Shown here piece by piece: positions 37,853-51,410 of a stretch of DNA of 64,000 bases. Source of the stretch: Batkoa obscura (Eukaryota). Each line of letters starts with the position of its first letter. Positions within the stretch are counted from its first letter, which is position 1. A model generated the notes under the pieces. That model saw only the letters and a list, made by a program, of their open reading frames with translations. It searched no databases and was not told where the DNA came from. Location of the stretch: positions 1,178,001-1,242,000 of the forward strand of contig JASVEC010000011.1 of NCBI GenBank assembly GCA_030770535.1, given 5' to 3'. Both the position numbers and the translations under genes were made by a program.

Positions 37853-38676
37853 ATGGCACAAAAAAAGAATAAAAAGAAAACCCCATTAAAATCCAAAAAA
37901 TTAATATTAACTAGTATCAATGAAAATGAGGAATTTATTAATTCCTCTGAAGAGTCCACACCGATTAAGTTAGATGAATTAAATAGTCCAATTGAAATGG
38001 ATAATGATACTGTAAGATTTATTTAAATATCAAATTTTTAGAAATGGAATTAATAAAAGGATACAAAAAAGGATACAAAAAAGATAGGATTGAATGTTCT
38101 AGGAATCAAAAGAACTGGGGGGTTAATTTCTGATTCTCATTTAAAAGAAGAAATAACTCGAATTGAACCAGAATCGGATAATTCAGAATCAAAATCACAA
38201 AGTGAATGGAGCGTTGCAGCAGATACATTACTATTTAAATGTATAGCTAATAATAAACCAGCTGGTAATAGGAATTTAAAAATATTCATTTAATTTATAA
38301 ATTAAAATATTATGTATGGAATATTAAATTTAAAATCATTTTAGGTTTACACAAACATTTTCGAATGGCGAATATTTGTTATTTATTTAATAAAAATAAT
38401 GCACATCCAAAAACAAATTCAGAAATTTGGGAGCGATTGAATGAATTATATGATATGCAAGCGGTGGATGAAATTGTAAGTTTGTTAATTGAATCTTCCA
38501 TTATTTAATGGGGATATTAATAAATGAAGATTGATTTTTTTATTTTTTAGGAATTAAAAGAACCGGATGAATGGAGTTGTAAATTGGGAAATCATATTGA
38601 TCTATCAAAACAAATTGAATTTGAGTTACCACCTCAGTTTAAGGAATTGATGAATAAGAAATTCAAACAAAAATAA
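37853..38676 (+). CDS. EAF7: NuA4 subunit Eaf7/MRGBP-like (3 introns)
   Basis: WSVAADTLLFKCIANNKPAG/LHKHFRM...IWERLNELYDM...EFELP. Confidence 0.8.
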
Positions 38677-39118
38677 GAATGAAGATTAATATATATTATT
38701 GAGTTAATTATTAAAATAAAATATAAATTGTTTTTTTATTGCAAAGGTTGTTCTATATTTGAGTAAAGTTGATGTATTGGAATTTATTTTGTTGCTTTTA
38801 TCTAATAGTTGGATTATTATTTATTTGTTTATTGTGATTAATCAATTTCTATGGAAATGATATTCCAATTATTTATGTAACAATCTTTTTTTCAGGGATA
38901 CTATAATCTCTCAATTTTATACAATTCTTCATCAAATTTAGTAACAATAATAATAATAATAATCCGTGTTAATAATAAAAATAGATTATATTTCAACAAT
39001 TTTATTTTTTTTACATATTTTGACTTTGACTTAAATAAATGATAAAAATGAACTAGTTTAAAAATATGATGCAAAAAATAAAAATTATATGAAACAAATT
39101 TAATAAACTTCAGTTATA

Positions 39119-40444
<1,326 letters not shown>

Positions 40445-40813
40445 AATTGCTAAAATGAAAACAAATAAAAAGGTGAACGATTTTTTAAAATGTTAAAAAT
40501 ATCGAAATTTTTTATAAATCGTCATTGATTTATGCAGTTTTTTTTTGAGCATTGAATACTAATTGAGATTAGGAATTCGGTTCTTTGAAATAGAAATGTT
40601 AAAAGATTTTAAATAAATTTCTAAAATTTTCATATTGAAATTTAATAAATAAAATATAAATTATTTTACTTTTTAAAACTTATTATATAAAATAAAAATT
40701 ATTAGTAATAATTTAATTTATGTTTATCCCTTTATAAAATTAATAAACTTTAAATCTTATATAAAGTAATCTTATCTTTAATTTTTAATATTAAAATTAT
40801 TTTTTTTCAATAT

Positions 40814-41558
40814 TTATTTTTGTTCTAATTCAACCAAAACACCACCGCAATCTTTAGGATGTAAAAAGATTACTGGTTTACCGTGAGCCCCAATCTTTGG
40901 TTTTTTATCTAATGATCGAATATTTTGAGATGTAAGATCTTGTAATGCTCTAAATACATCATCCACCTAAAAAAATCAATTTTATTAACAAATTCATTTT
41001 TATTTCTTTTAATAATTAATAACTTAATATACTCTTTATTTTAAAACTTACTTCAATACAAATATGATGAATTCCACCACTTTGATTTTTATTTAAAAAG
41101 TTTTGAATTGGTGAATTTTCCCCATATGGATGTAATAATTCAATTTTAGTATTGCCTAAATTAACAAATACAGTATAAACTCCATGATCTGGAAGTGCCT
41201 AATTATTTGGAAATTAAATTATTGATTTAATTTATTTTTTTGAAAATTGAAATTGAAATGTCGAGGTGATGTCGTGAATGTTAATATTACCTCTTTTGAA
41301 CTAACTTCAGCTCCTAATATATCTTTGTAAAATCGAGTACTGGCTTCAATATCAGGTACCGCAATGGCTACATGATTTAATCGTCCTAATTGCCAAATCT
41401 AGATTTCTTAAATTTTATTCAATTTAAAATTTAATAATAATATAAATTACCTTGCTTTTAACCCCATCTAATGATTTAGCTGAAAATTTACAAGTGGTTA
41501 CAACTTGACAGTTGAAAGCATTCTTCTTTATTATATTTCTTCCAAGTTGAAATAGCAT
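40814..41558 (-). CDS. MCEE: Methylmalonyl-CoA epimerase, mitochondrial (3 introns)
   Basis: LGRLNHVAIAVPD, HGVYTVFVNLGNTKIELLHPYGENSPI..FL, GGIHHICIEV, KIGAHGKPVIFLHPKDCGGVLVELEQ. Confidence 0.93.
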
Positions 41559-41744
41559 TTTATATTTTATTTTTAGTTAAAAACAAAATGTTGATAAAAC
41601 AAATTTTCAATCAAATTTGACTAAAACAACGTATAAATCTAATTGGCTACGTTTTATGATGAGGTCACCACTCATAAGAGTTAAAAAATAATAAATAAAT
41701 TTAAAGCATACAATAAAATTTATTTTCAAATATAAAAAAACTAT

Positions 41745-43853
41745 TTAATTCGATAAATTATTTGGAGTATTTAAAAGATTAGGAGGTTCAATGCCTTTTG
41801 ATTTATAAAACTCCATAGTGTTTTTAGCTATTTTAGCCAAATTATTGGGCTCAATACCAAAATGTTTATATACTTCTTTGTAATCTCCAGACATACCAAA
41901 AGTAGTCATACCTAAGGAAGCATGAGCATATTTAGACCATCCAAAGGTAGATAAAGCTTCACAGCTGATTACTGGAATATTATTTAAAAACACGCTTTGT
42001 TTATACTCATTATCTTGTTCTTCAAATAATTCAAAACATGGCATAGAAACTACTCTACAAGATATATTCTCTTTCTTTAATAATTCATGAGCATCAACAG
42101 CAATTGAAACTTCGGATCCAGTAGCAACTAATATAACTTCCGGTTTATCAGAGTCTTTTAATATATAAGCACCTTTTAAAGCTAATTTATAAGAGGAATT
42201 TTCAAGGGTTGGTACTTTTTGCCTTGATAAACAAAGTACAGTTGGACTATGTTCATGAGTAAAAGCACTATAATAGGCAGCAGATACTTCATTACCATCC
42301 GCTGGACGTTGAACATAAACATTGGGTGTTGCTCTTAATAAAGCTAAAGTTTCAATTGGTTGATGGGTTGGTCCATCTTCACCTAACCCAATTGAATCAT
42401 GTGTCATTATATAAAGTATTCGGAAATTGGAAAGGGCTGATAATCTAAAAGCACCAAGGCCATAACTTAAAAAGTTAAGAAAAGTAGCACAAAAAGGGAT
42501 TAAACTACCATGAGCTGCTATACCATTAGATATAGCAAACATAGCATGTTCTCTAACGCCATATCGAATATATCTACCATCATAACCTGTATCCTTATCT
42601 TTAGTTGGAAAAAAATCTTTAGCTTCATTCCATCTTGTTAAGTTGGATGGTGTTAAATCTGCAGAACCACCAATAAGCTCAGTAAAAATAGAAGATATTG
42701 AATTAAGCACTTCATTTGAGCAATTCCTAGTGGCAAGCATTTCTCCAACCTTTTTAAATTGTGGTAAGGATTTCTCCCAGTTTTCAGGAAGCTTATTCGA
42801 TATTCTTCTTTTAAAATCTTCAGCTAATTCTGGGTATTTTTGAGAGTATTCGACTAATTTACTATTCCATTCTTCTTCAGTTTTAATTCCTCTCTTCTCA
42901 ACTTCCTTCCAAAGTTCAGAAACTTCTTGAGGGATATGGAACTTTTTACTTACATCAAACCCAAGTTTTGATTTGATACTATTAATTCCTTCATCACCAA
43001 AAGCATTACTATGTACATCAGCAGTACCAGCTTTTTGAGCACCAAAACCAATAGTAGTACGAATTCTTATTAAAGTTGGTTTATCAGTAACATTTTTTGC
43101 TTTTTTGATACATTCCCTAATACCTTCAAAGTCGGTATCCCCTTTTTCTACTGAAAGTACATGCCAACCATAAGATTTATATCTCATTTCAACATCTTCA
43201 TGGAAAGCGAGATCCGTGCTACCATCAATAGTCACTTTATTATCATCATAGAAAGCAATCAATTTGCCCAATTTTAATCTACCAGCAAGTGAACAAGCTT
43301 CACTAGAAATACCTTCCATCATACAGCCGTCACCAAGGATACAATAAGTATAATGATCAATAATTGAGATATCTTTTTTATTAAAAGTTTCAGCTAAATT
43401 GGCTTCAGCAAGAGCTAAACCAACTGCATTAGCGATACCTTGTCCAAGTGGTCCAGTAGTTACTTCAATACCTTCAGTAATATGTGATTCTGGATGGCCT
43501 GGTGTTTTACTATTTAATTTTCTTAAACTTTTAATATCTTCCATACTCAAATTGCCACCCGATAAATGTAACATAGCATATTGTAAAGCACAGGCATGTC
43601 CATTAGAAAGTACAAATCGATCCCTATTGATCTAAAATATTGTTAGTTTTATAGAATGATTGAAATTGACTAGAATTACCCATTTGGAGTTTTTTGGATT
43701 ATAGTTCATTGCTTCGGAATAAAGGATATGGGCTATTGGAGCACATCCCATTGGAGCACCTGGGTGCCCACTTCCTGCTTCCTCGACCATGTCCGCACAT
43801 AATACTCGAATAGTATTAACCGATAATAATTCAACTCCTTTATTAAAACCCAT
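41745..43853 (-). CDS. TKL: Transketolase (intron ~43631-43679)
   Basis: [54 protein letters not shown]. Confidence 0.95.
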
Positions 43854-45364
43854 TATTATTTATTTTAGAATTATACACATTATTTGGTTTATATACTTTT
43901 TGCTTTGTTCAATGACGCAAGCTTTACTTGATTTCCCTATTTTTTATTTTCATAGTTTATTAATTGAAGTCATAATATATCATTATTTGTGTTTTATGAC
44001 TTAAATATTAAAATAATCGTTAAAATAAAAAGTTTATTTCTTGTTTGATTTAATGCATATAAATAAGCTAAAGTAATAATCTTCAAATATATTTGAACTT
44101 ATTATATGAGTGTTTTGTATTTATCAAAACAGTTTGTTTATATTTACTAAATTAAGCAATATGATATTGAGTGCATTTATTAATATCAGAATTTTAAAAT
44201 TCAAACGAACTAATATAATAATTATTTATCAATACGAGATATTAAAGTTTTTTATTTAGGACAATATAAAGTGAATATAAATATCTTATTGCTATCTGAA
44301 TTGTCAAACTTGTATAATAATATGACGTTTCTAAGAATAACTTGAATTAAATTCTAAGAATAATTAGCTTGAAAATTTATTTAAGTTGATACTAGCTGAT
44401 GGCGGAGGTAGTTTTAAAGTTGCTTTAATAAAGTAGGATGATACTTATTTCTTTTATTTACATGTATGTCACTTAAATTTCATGAATATTGAATATTTAT
44501 TTACAATTTTAATTCTTTTTATTGAGTCTTTAACATTGCCTATCATTTTCCCACGCTTTTAATTTTTATTCTTTATCTGGACAAGACGGAAAATAAACCA
44601 AATTATTTAAAATTTGTCCATCTCAAAAATAGAGAGTATATTCTTTGCTTCCTCTTATTTACACGTCCCCCTTTTCATTTACTATATATATTCTTTAAGT
44701 GCTCATTTGATAATAAAATTTGATTTTTCCATTCTTATAAGTCAACTGGGTACCGATTAACCCCTTTGAAGTTATAAAAGAAATAGAAACTTTTAACCCT
44801 TAGTTTTTACATTAGCTATGAACAATTAGTATCATGGTCTGGTATATTATAATATAAGATATATATCTATTATTTGAAGAAAGTTTTCATAATATAATAT
44901 AGTAATAACAAATATTAATATTGTAACCCTTTCAAGAACCAACATTATAACCTTGATTAAAAATTGAAAATGATATCACAGCATAATTGAGCAACAAAGT
45001 CTTAGATCACACCACATCATGTGTGAGTTTTAAAACCTGTCTTTTTTTTAAACACTGAATTAAAATTATCCGTTAAATTAAAAAATTTCAGATTACTAAT
45101 AACTTGTACAATTTTATGAGACCTTAAACAATAGAAAAATTATAAAAATTTAAAAATCAATAATCTCTGCTTTCACTTTTTGACAGTTTATTTATCTTTC
45201 TCCATTATCACTTCTATTCGATCTAGTAACTAAAAGTGTTTTATTAATTGGTTTATTTCCATTTATAGAATAGCCTTGAAAATCAACAAGAATATTAAGT
45301 GGTCATTGTTTGTAATTAGAAAATAGTTTTTAATTTCTTTAATATTTCGTAAATATTTATTTTG

Positions 45365-48300
45365 ATGAGTAAAGAATCTCCAATATCAAGTTCACCCTTT
45401 TCTAGATTAAGACCTAGTAAAACAGGTACCAATTCAACCACACAATCTTCAACAAGTTCACCATATGATTCTAGGTTACAAAAAGCCTCATTAAGTTCCA
45501 CATTAAATGAGGATGTCCAGGAGCATGAAAATAAGAGGTAATATATTCAAGATAGATGAATAAAGTAGAAAATCAGAATACTCAATAGATTATAAACCAA
45601 TTTTAAGATCTTTGACTTATAATTCTTCTTTTTTAGAGAAGCTTCAAAGGCACTTCCACAAGTTCCTAACAATAACGCGTACGGTTTAAACTTAAACGAT
45701 TTAGAAAAAAAGGATATTCAACCTGAAACAACCCCACTTCAAGACCTGTTTGGTATAAAAAATGAAACAAATAGTCCTAAAGCAATAATTAGTAATAAAA
45801 ATGTTAGTACCCCAAGGATAATAACTTCAACGGCGAGTAAACAAAATCTTAGCAATGAACAAGAAATGGAGCAAACTAATGAAGAAAGAAATCAAATGAC
45901 TGTTCAAACAGCAATAACAGATTTTGAAATGCCATTACCAGCTAGAACAAAATTATTGAATAGTAATTTACCACCTTCACCAGAACCTGAAAATACACGG
46001 TTAAGAAAGATCTTGCTATTTTTTAAAAAAGGAAGACATTCTATTAATCCAATTATATTTAAAAGGATTATAAAATCTTCAATTGCTTTCTTTTTAGCTA
46101 CTTTATTGGTTATCATTGACCCAGTTCGAGATGTTTTAGGTAATGGTTCCTATACCGCCATCATTGCTACTATTATTTTCGATTCTTGTAGGACAGTTGG
46201 TGCTCAATTAGAAAGTACATTATTGACCTGTATATGTTCTTTAATCGGACTATTAATTTATATAACAGCCTTTGGGTTTTATATCCTATTTAACAAGAAT
46301 AATGTAATTAGAGATAACGATAATAGTGTGATACTTGATGGATCTTTTATACTTGCTTTATTTCTTTATACTTATATGTTTATATCGGGTATTATTAAAA
46401 CAAAATTTCCAAAATTAACAGGACCTATTACTTTACTCAATGTGATTATGTTAATTAGTCTTACTCAAATTCCATTTGGTTCTGATGTATTTACGCTTAC
46501 TACTTTTGGTTTAATTTTATCTCCATCTTTGATAGGTGTAGGTATTAGTACTTTTGTCAATGTCACTTTATGGCCTGAATCAGCTTCTCAAGATCTTGGT
46601 GATTCACTTGTACTTACTTTGGAGTCACTTCATTCAACTTTAAATTTACTTTCAGATAGTTTTCTTTTAAAAGATGATACTTTAAGTATAACACCTCATG
46701 ATTTAGAGATACTTCATTCACGTTCAATTACTGCTGTCACTGCATTAGTAAAGGCTGGTAGAGAAGCAAGATATGAATATGCTTACTCTATTCATCCACC
46801 AAATGATTATAAAACATTGATCAATCTATCACTTTTATTACAACAACATTTAGGTGGTCTTAATTTGGCTGTACAAAGACAAAGACAATTACTTGGCCTG
46901 AGGAAAACAGATAGTGAAGATATTAGTCCAGTAACTACAAGAAGTAATTCACCTACAGAGATAAAAGCATTTTCATTACCACCATCCCCATCTGCTCTTA
47001 GTTTAAGTAAATTAGGTGGCGAAATTATGCCTATCACTCCTGAGATAGACCCGATACTAGCAAGGGATTTGATCCACGATATATTACATATCGTAAGCGC
47101 ACCTTTAGCTAAAATGAGTGAAGTATGCTCTGAAGCTATTGGGTTAGCAAAAGAACTGTTGATAAATGAAAGTGAAATAAAATCAAAAACGGAAGAAGAA
47201 AAACCAAAGCATTGTTGCCATTGTGCAGCTTTAAAAGAGTTTTCAGAAGAAGAATGCCCACATAATCTTCAAAATGAAAAGAGTAAAAAACCAGAAGATT
47301 TAAAAGACATGATTGTTAAATTAAAGGAAGCCACATTAGAATTTGAACTTGCAGAAGGAAGATGTCTTAAACTGATTCATAAACAAGTGCTTTTTACACC
47401 TCATTTACATGCTCCATTTCCAGAACCTATGCTTGTTGTATTTTCAGGCATTTTTTCTATTCGAGAGTTTTCTAAGTCTATCACTAATTTTTTGGAAAAA
47501 GAAGAAACATTTTTATCATTAAGACCATATATAAGCAAACGATCTGGATTTTTAGGTACTGGTCCATCTACTTTATCAAAACAAAAAAGATGGTGGAGGC
47601 CAAATATTACATGGGTAAAATGGTTAAAAGGGAATAGATTATCAGAAGATCCTCAACAATATGAATCAAATGATACTACCGACAATTCCCTTAAAGATGT
47701 TAATTCTCAATATGAGAAAAATAAGAGAGGTAACTAATTATGTTTGCTAGTTTAAACTTAACTAAATATAAAATAGAAGCTGAAAAGGAAGATGAAGAAC
47801 ATGCAAATGATCCTATAGCGTTACCAGCTCAACGATGGACCAAGCCAGAATATCATACAAGGAATGCGTTTAAAAGCACTTCTGAACCCGGTAAATTTAA
47901 AGGAATTATTGCTAGCCTTCGATTTAAGCTATGGAAAGCGTTACAAGTATTTAATACTTTTGAAGTGAAATTCGCAGTCAAATTAGTTTTAGTGGTAGGT
48001 TTACTATCTTTCCCAGTTTTTGTACCAAAATTTTCATCATATTATACATCCATCCGAGGTATATGGGGTGCTATTGCAGCTATGTTAATTGTAAATCAAA
48101 CTATTGGAGGTACTTTGAAGTTAGGTATCATTCGTTTAATTGGTACAATCATAGGTGCTATATGGGGCTATTTGACTCTTTTAGCAAGTAATAATACAGA
48201 AAACGTTTATTTGGTTGTGATTATGATTTGGATTTATGCAGCTCCAAGTTGGTATTTTATTGTTACTACAAGTTATTCTAAAATTGGGTTTAATGGCTTA

Positions 48301-49251
48301 ATTGCATATGTGGTTATTTTATTTGTAGGTTATAAACATTCTTCAAATAATGATATATTCACTATTGTTCTTCTTCGTACAGCAAGTGTTGTTGTTGGTT
48401 TAATTGTATCTATGGTTGTTAGTTCAACTATCTGGCCATTTTCAGCAAGAAGAGAATTAAGAAAACTAATTGCTTCTTTATTGGCTGATATGGGTATGAG
48501 TTTTGGTAAAGTAGCAGCATTATGTATGTCATCTAATACAACTACTGAATGGAAAGAATTACAATCTCAAATTAATTTATGTAATCGAAAGTTGCAAAAA
48601 CGAATACTTTCAGCTAAAAGTTTACATTTATTTGCACTAGATGAACCTAGACTTAAAGGCCCATTTCAAGCACCAGTTTATTCCGAGCAGATTCGTATTT
48701 TACAAGATGTTTTAGATCAACTTGTTGCTATGACTGGAGCTGTATCTCAACTCACTCCTGATGTTCAAAAAACAGTCATTTTTCCATTTAATTCTTATCG
48801 TAAATTTATGGTCTCTTCAGTTATTTTATATTTTTATGTGCTCTCTGGGGCTTTGCGTTCTAAAATGCCATTACCACCTTATCCTCCTCCAATCCATGCT
48901 ATACGTTATCAATTGATGTTAAAAACTAGATCTGCATTGGTAAAGAAGTTCAAAAAGAATAGTTACAATACTCTACCACTACATAAATCAATATTAGAAC
49001 GTTCCGATGAATTTAGAAATGAGGCTGTTGGGTCTCATTTAGAGTTAAATACTACGCTTAGTTTTGATCAAAAAAATCTACATGAAGAATTTAATCATAT
49101 ATATTGGTATACATATATGGCTGGGTTGGTAAGATTATTTGAAGATGTCGAGTTGTTGGGGCATAATATTGCTGGGTTAGTGGGAGAGACTTCAATACCA
49201 GTTAAAGAGCATATAGTTACTTTTCCAGATGATGATGAAGATGATGATTAA
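45365..49251 (+). CDS. FUSC/ArAE (ALMT-like, Bre4-related) multipass transporter, copy 1; exons 45365-45537, 45637-47729, 47777-49251
   Basis: Two TM bundles each ending in WP; RLIGTIIGAIWG and EPRLKGPF motifs. Both introns are phase-compatible, joining the 623 and 503 aa ORFs. Confidence 0.85.
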
Positions 49252-49489
49252 GATTACTTTTTTGTAACTAATATTTATCATTAATTTTTATTGAATTGTT
49301 ATTGTTAATTTTTACTAATATTAATAAAAGAAAGTTATGTTATTAATCTATTTACAACATTGTTTAATTTTATGAAAGTTATACAAAAAGGTAGTTGAAA
49401 TTTCTTAAGAATACTAGATAAAACAAAAAATAGGTTTAAAACATCTTTATACTTTTCATAATCTACAGACAGGTATTTAAGCTTTAATA

Positions 49490-49500
49490 CTCCCTCCGTT
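49490..49500 (+). mobile_element. Stowaway/plant-mariner-type left terminus
   Basis: TA followed by CTCCCTCCGTT; similarity to the paralogous 3' flank (near 55380-55425) stops here; no right terminus found. Confidence 0.5.
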
Positions 49501-49560
49501 CAGAAAAGAGATTCCAGTTGAAAATAGCAAGAACTTTAACTTAAAACGTCAACTAAACAT

Positions 49561-49659
49561 GAACATGTCTTTTCTCGTTCAAGGATTCTACTTACAATCC
49601 TTCCGCTCAATAGCGCCTAAAAAATGGAAAAATAAATGAAACTAATGAAAGACATTTTC
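49561..49659 (+). mobile_element. Diverged MITE family A subfamily, copy 12
   Basis: Core CCGCTCAATAGCGCCTAAAAAATGGAAAAA; termini GAACATGTCTTT/AAAGACATTTTC; flanks ACAT/AAAT; 99 bp. Confidence 0.75.
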
Positions 49660-50555
49660 AAATCTTTTATTTATTTTTTAAATTCAAAAGCCAAAGGGCT
49701 TTGTGTTTTATTAGATTAAAATAAAATATCTACATGAGTAGCATTAGGGTGGTACAAAGTGAAAAACTGGGCGATTCTCATAGAAGTTTGTGAAAGAAGC
49801 CATCATGAGGTGATTGATGCCAGTCATAAAGGAAGGAATCAGGAAGCGTATAGTATCGCTTTTGTTGTGCACAAGCCTATCAATTGAGAGCCTTATTTCA
49901 GAAAAGATAAGGTTCAGAGATCCAAGAAAGAGGTCATTTGGCGCTATGGAGGTGGGATAGAACATTAGTTTAGTGTGAGAGGAAGAGACAAACATAAACA
50001 TAAAAATAAAACAAGTAATACCTAGGTAATGGGTATTTTTACATGAAGGTTTATCCACTGAAAGTAGGGATAGGCTATCAAGTTATGTAAATTGAGGCGG
50101 AAAGTCCTGGAAAAAATTATATATTTTATTTATAGAAAAAATAATTAAACTTTATTTATACTCCAATGGGTAGTTATTTTTAAAATTTTATTTTTTCCAT
50201 TAAAAATTATTAAATGTTATTAGAAATAAAACAAAATAAATAATTCTAATTTTAAATCCTTTTTTATATTTATTAAAATAGCTTGGTTATTATAAATAAT
50301 CATGTTTTTTGTTTTTATGCAACAGCAGACTTAAATAATACTACCAAATATTAATATAATAAAAATATAGTTTGTAAAAATTTAAAAACATATCACTTTA
50401 TTATAAAGTAAATGTATACATATATAATCGCTTATTTTATTAAATATATTTTATTTATATTACTTATAGCATTTTTGTTGATTTTTATAAGATTAAATTT
50501 TATTTATTTCACAATTCACTTTTAAATTTTTACTACTATAATCAATTACAAAAAA

Positions 50556-51026
50556 GCAGAGACATTTGACTCATTCAATTTACATAAGACCCAATATTCA
50601 AAGATTTTTACATCAAATATAGTAAATAAAAAATAGACTGATATTGCAAAAATTATAATACTCAACTCATTGTTTTGTCTAATCTTTGTTTGGAAAATCT
50701 TGAACCCTCAAGAACAAGGTTTTATTAAATGGAATCAAATTAATGAAGAAGATCAGAGGGCGATTTAACCAAGGCTTTAGCCTTGTAGGATCTAGAGATT
50801 GACCTTTGAATCCCCAACGAAGTTCTTTGATACAGACTGTACCATTTAATATAAGGATGCTGAAAAATCGGCATCGGTATATTTGGCTGAATGCTCACAG
50901 CGGGAATGGTACACCATCCTTTGGATGGACTCTATGATTCAAGAGGTAAAAGTGAGCCTAAAACCTTTAAAAATTCGTTCTAGGTGGAAAGAGGAAAAAA
51001 TGGGATGGTCAATAAGTTCTGTCTAA
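50556..51026 (+). pseudogene. Decayed reading frame, possibly a retroelement relic
   Basis: About 155 codons in one frame broken only by TAA/TAG stops; AKIIILNSLFCLIFVW loosely resembles the segment after the RT core of L1/Tx1-type elements. Confidence 0.3.
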
Positions 51027-51410
51027 AAAGTTCAAAATGATTTCACAGCATAATTGACTAACAAATTCTTAAATCATCTCATGTGTAACTTTAAAACTCA
51101 TCATTTTTTCAAGTTCAATTGAAATCATCCGTTAAATTAAAAATCTTTCAAGTTTCCAGTAGTGTGCCACCCATAAACACATAAATCTTGAAGAATAGAA
51201 TAAATACAAAATAAAATAAAATAAAATAAAAATGAAAATTCCTCTTTCTCTTTTAATTGCTGTTCATCTACCTCATTATCACTTTTGCTCAGCCTAACAT
51301 TTAAAAGCCTTTTTTAACTGTTTTATTTTCCTTTATAAGACATCTTTAAATCAAGAAGAATCATTTATTTGTATTTAAATAGAATCAAAATTGTATGTAT
51401 ATTTATTTTA

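Noticed and set aside
47730..47776. 623 aa and 503 aa ORFs separated by 2 nt, suggesting readthrough, frameshifting or an operon (same at 53772-53818)
   Set aside because: A 47-nt GT-AG intron with a CTAA branch-like site joins them in phase
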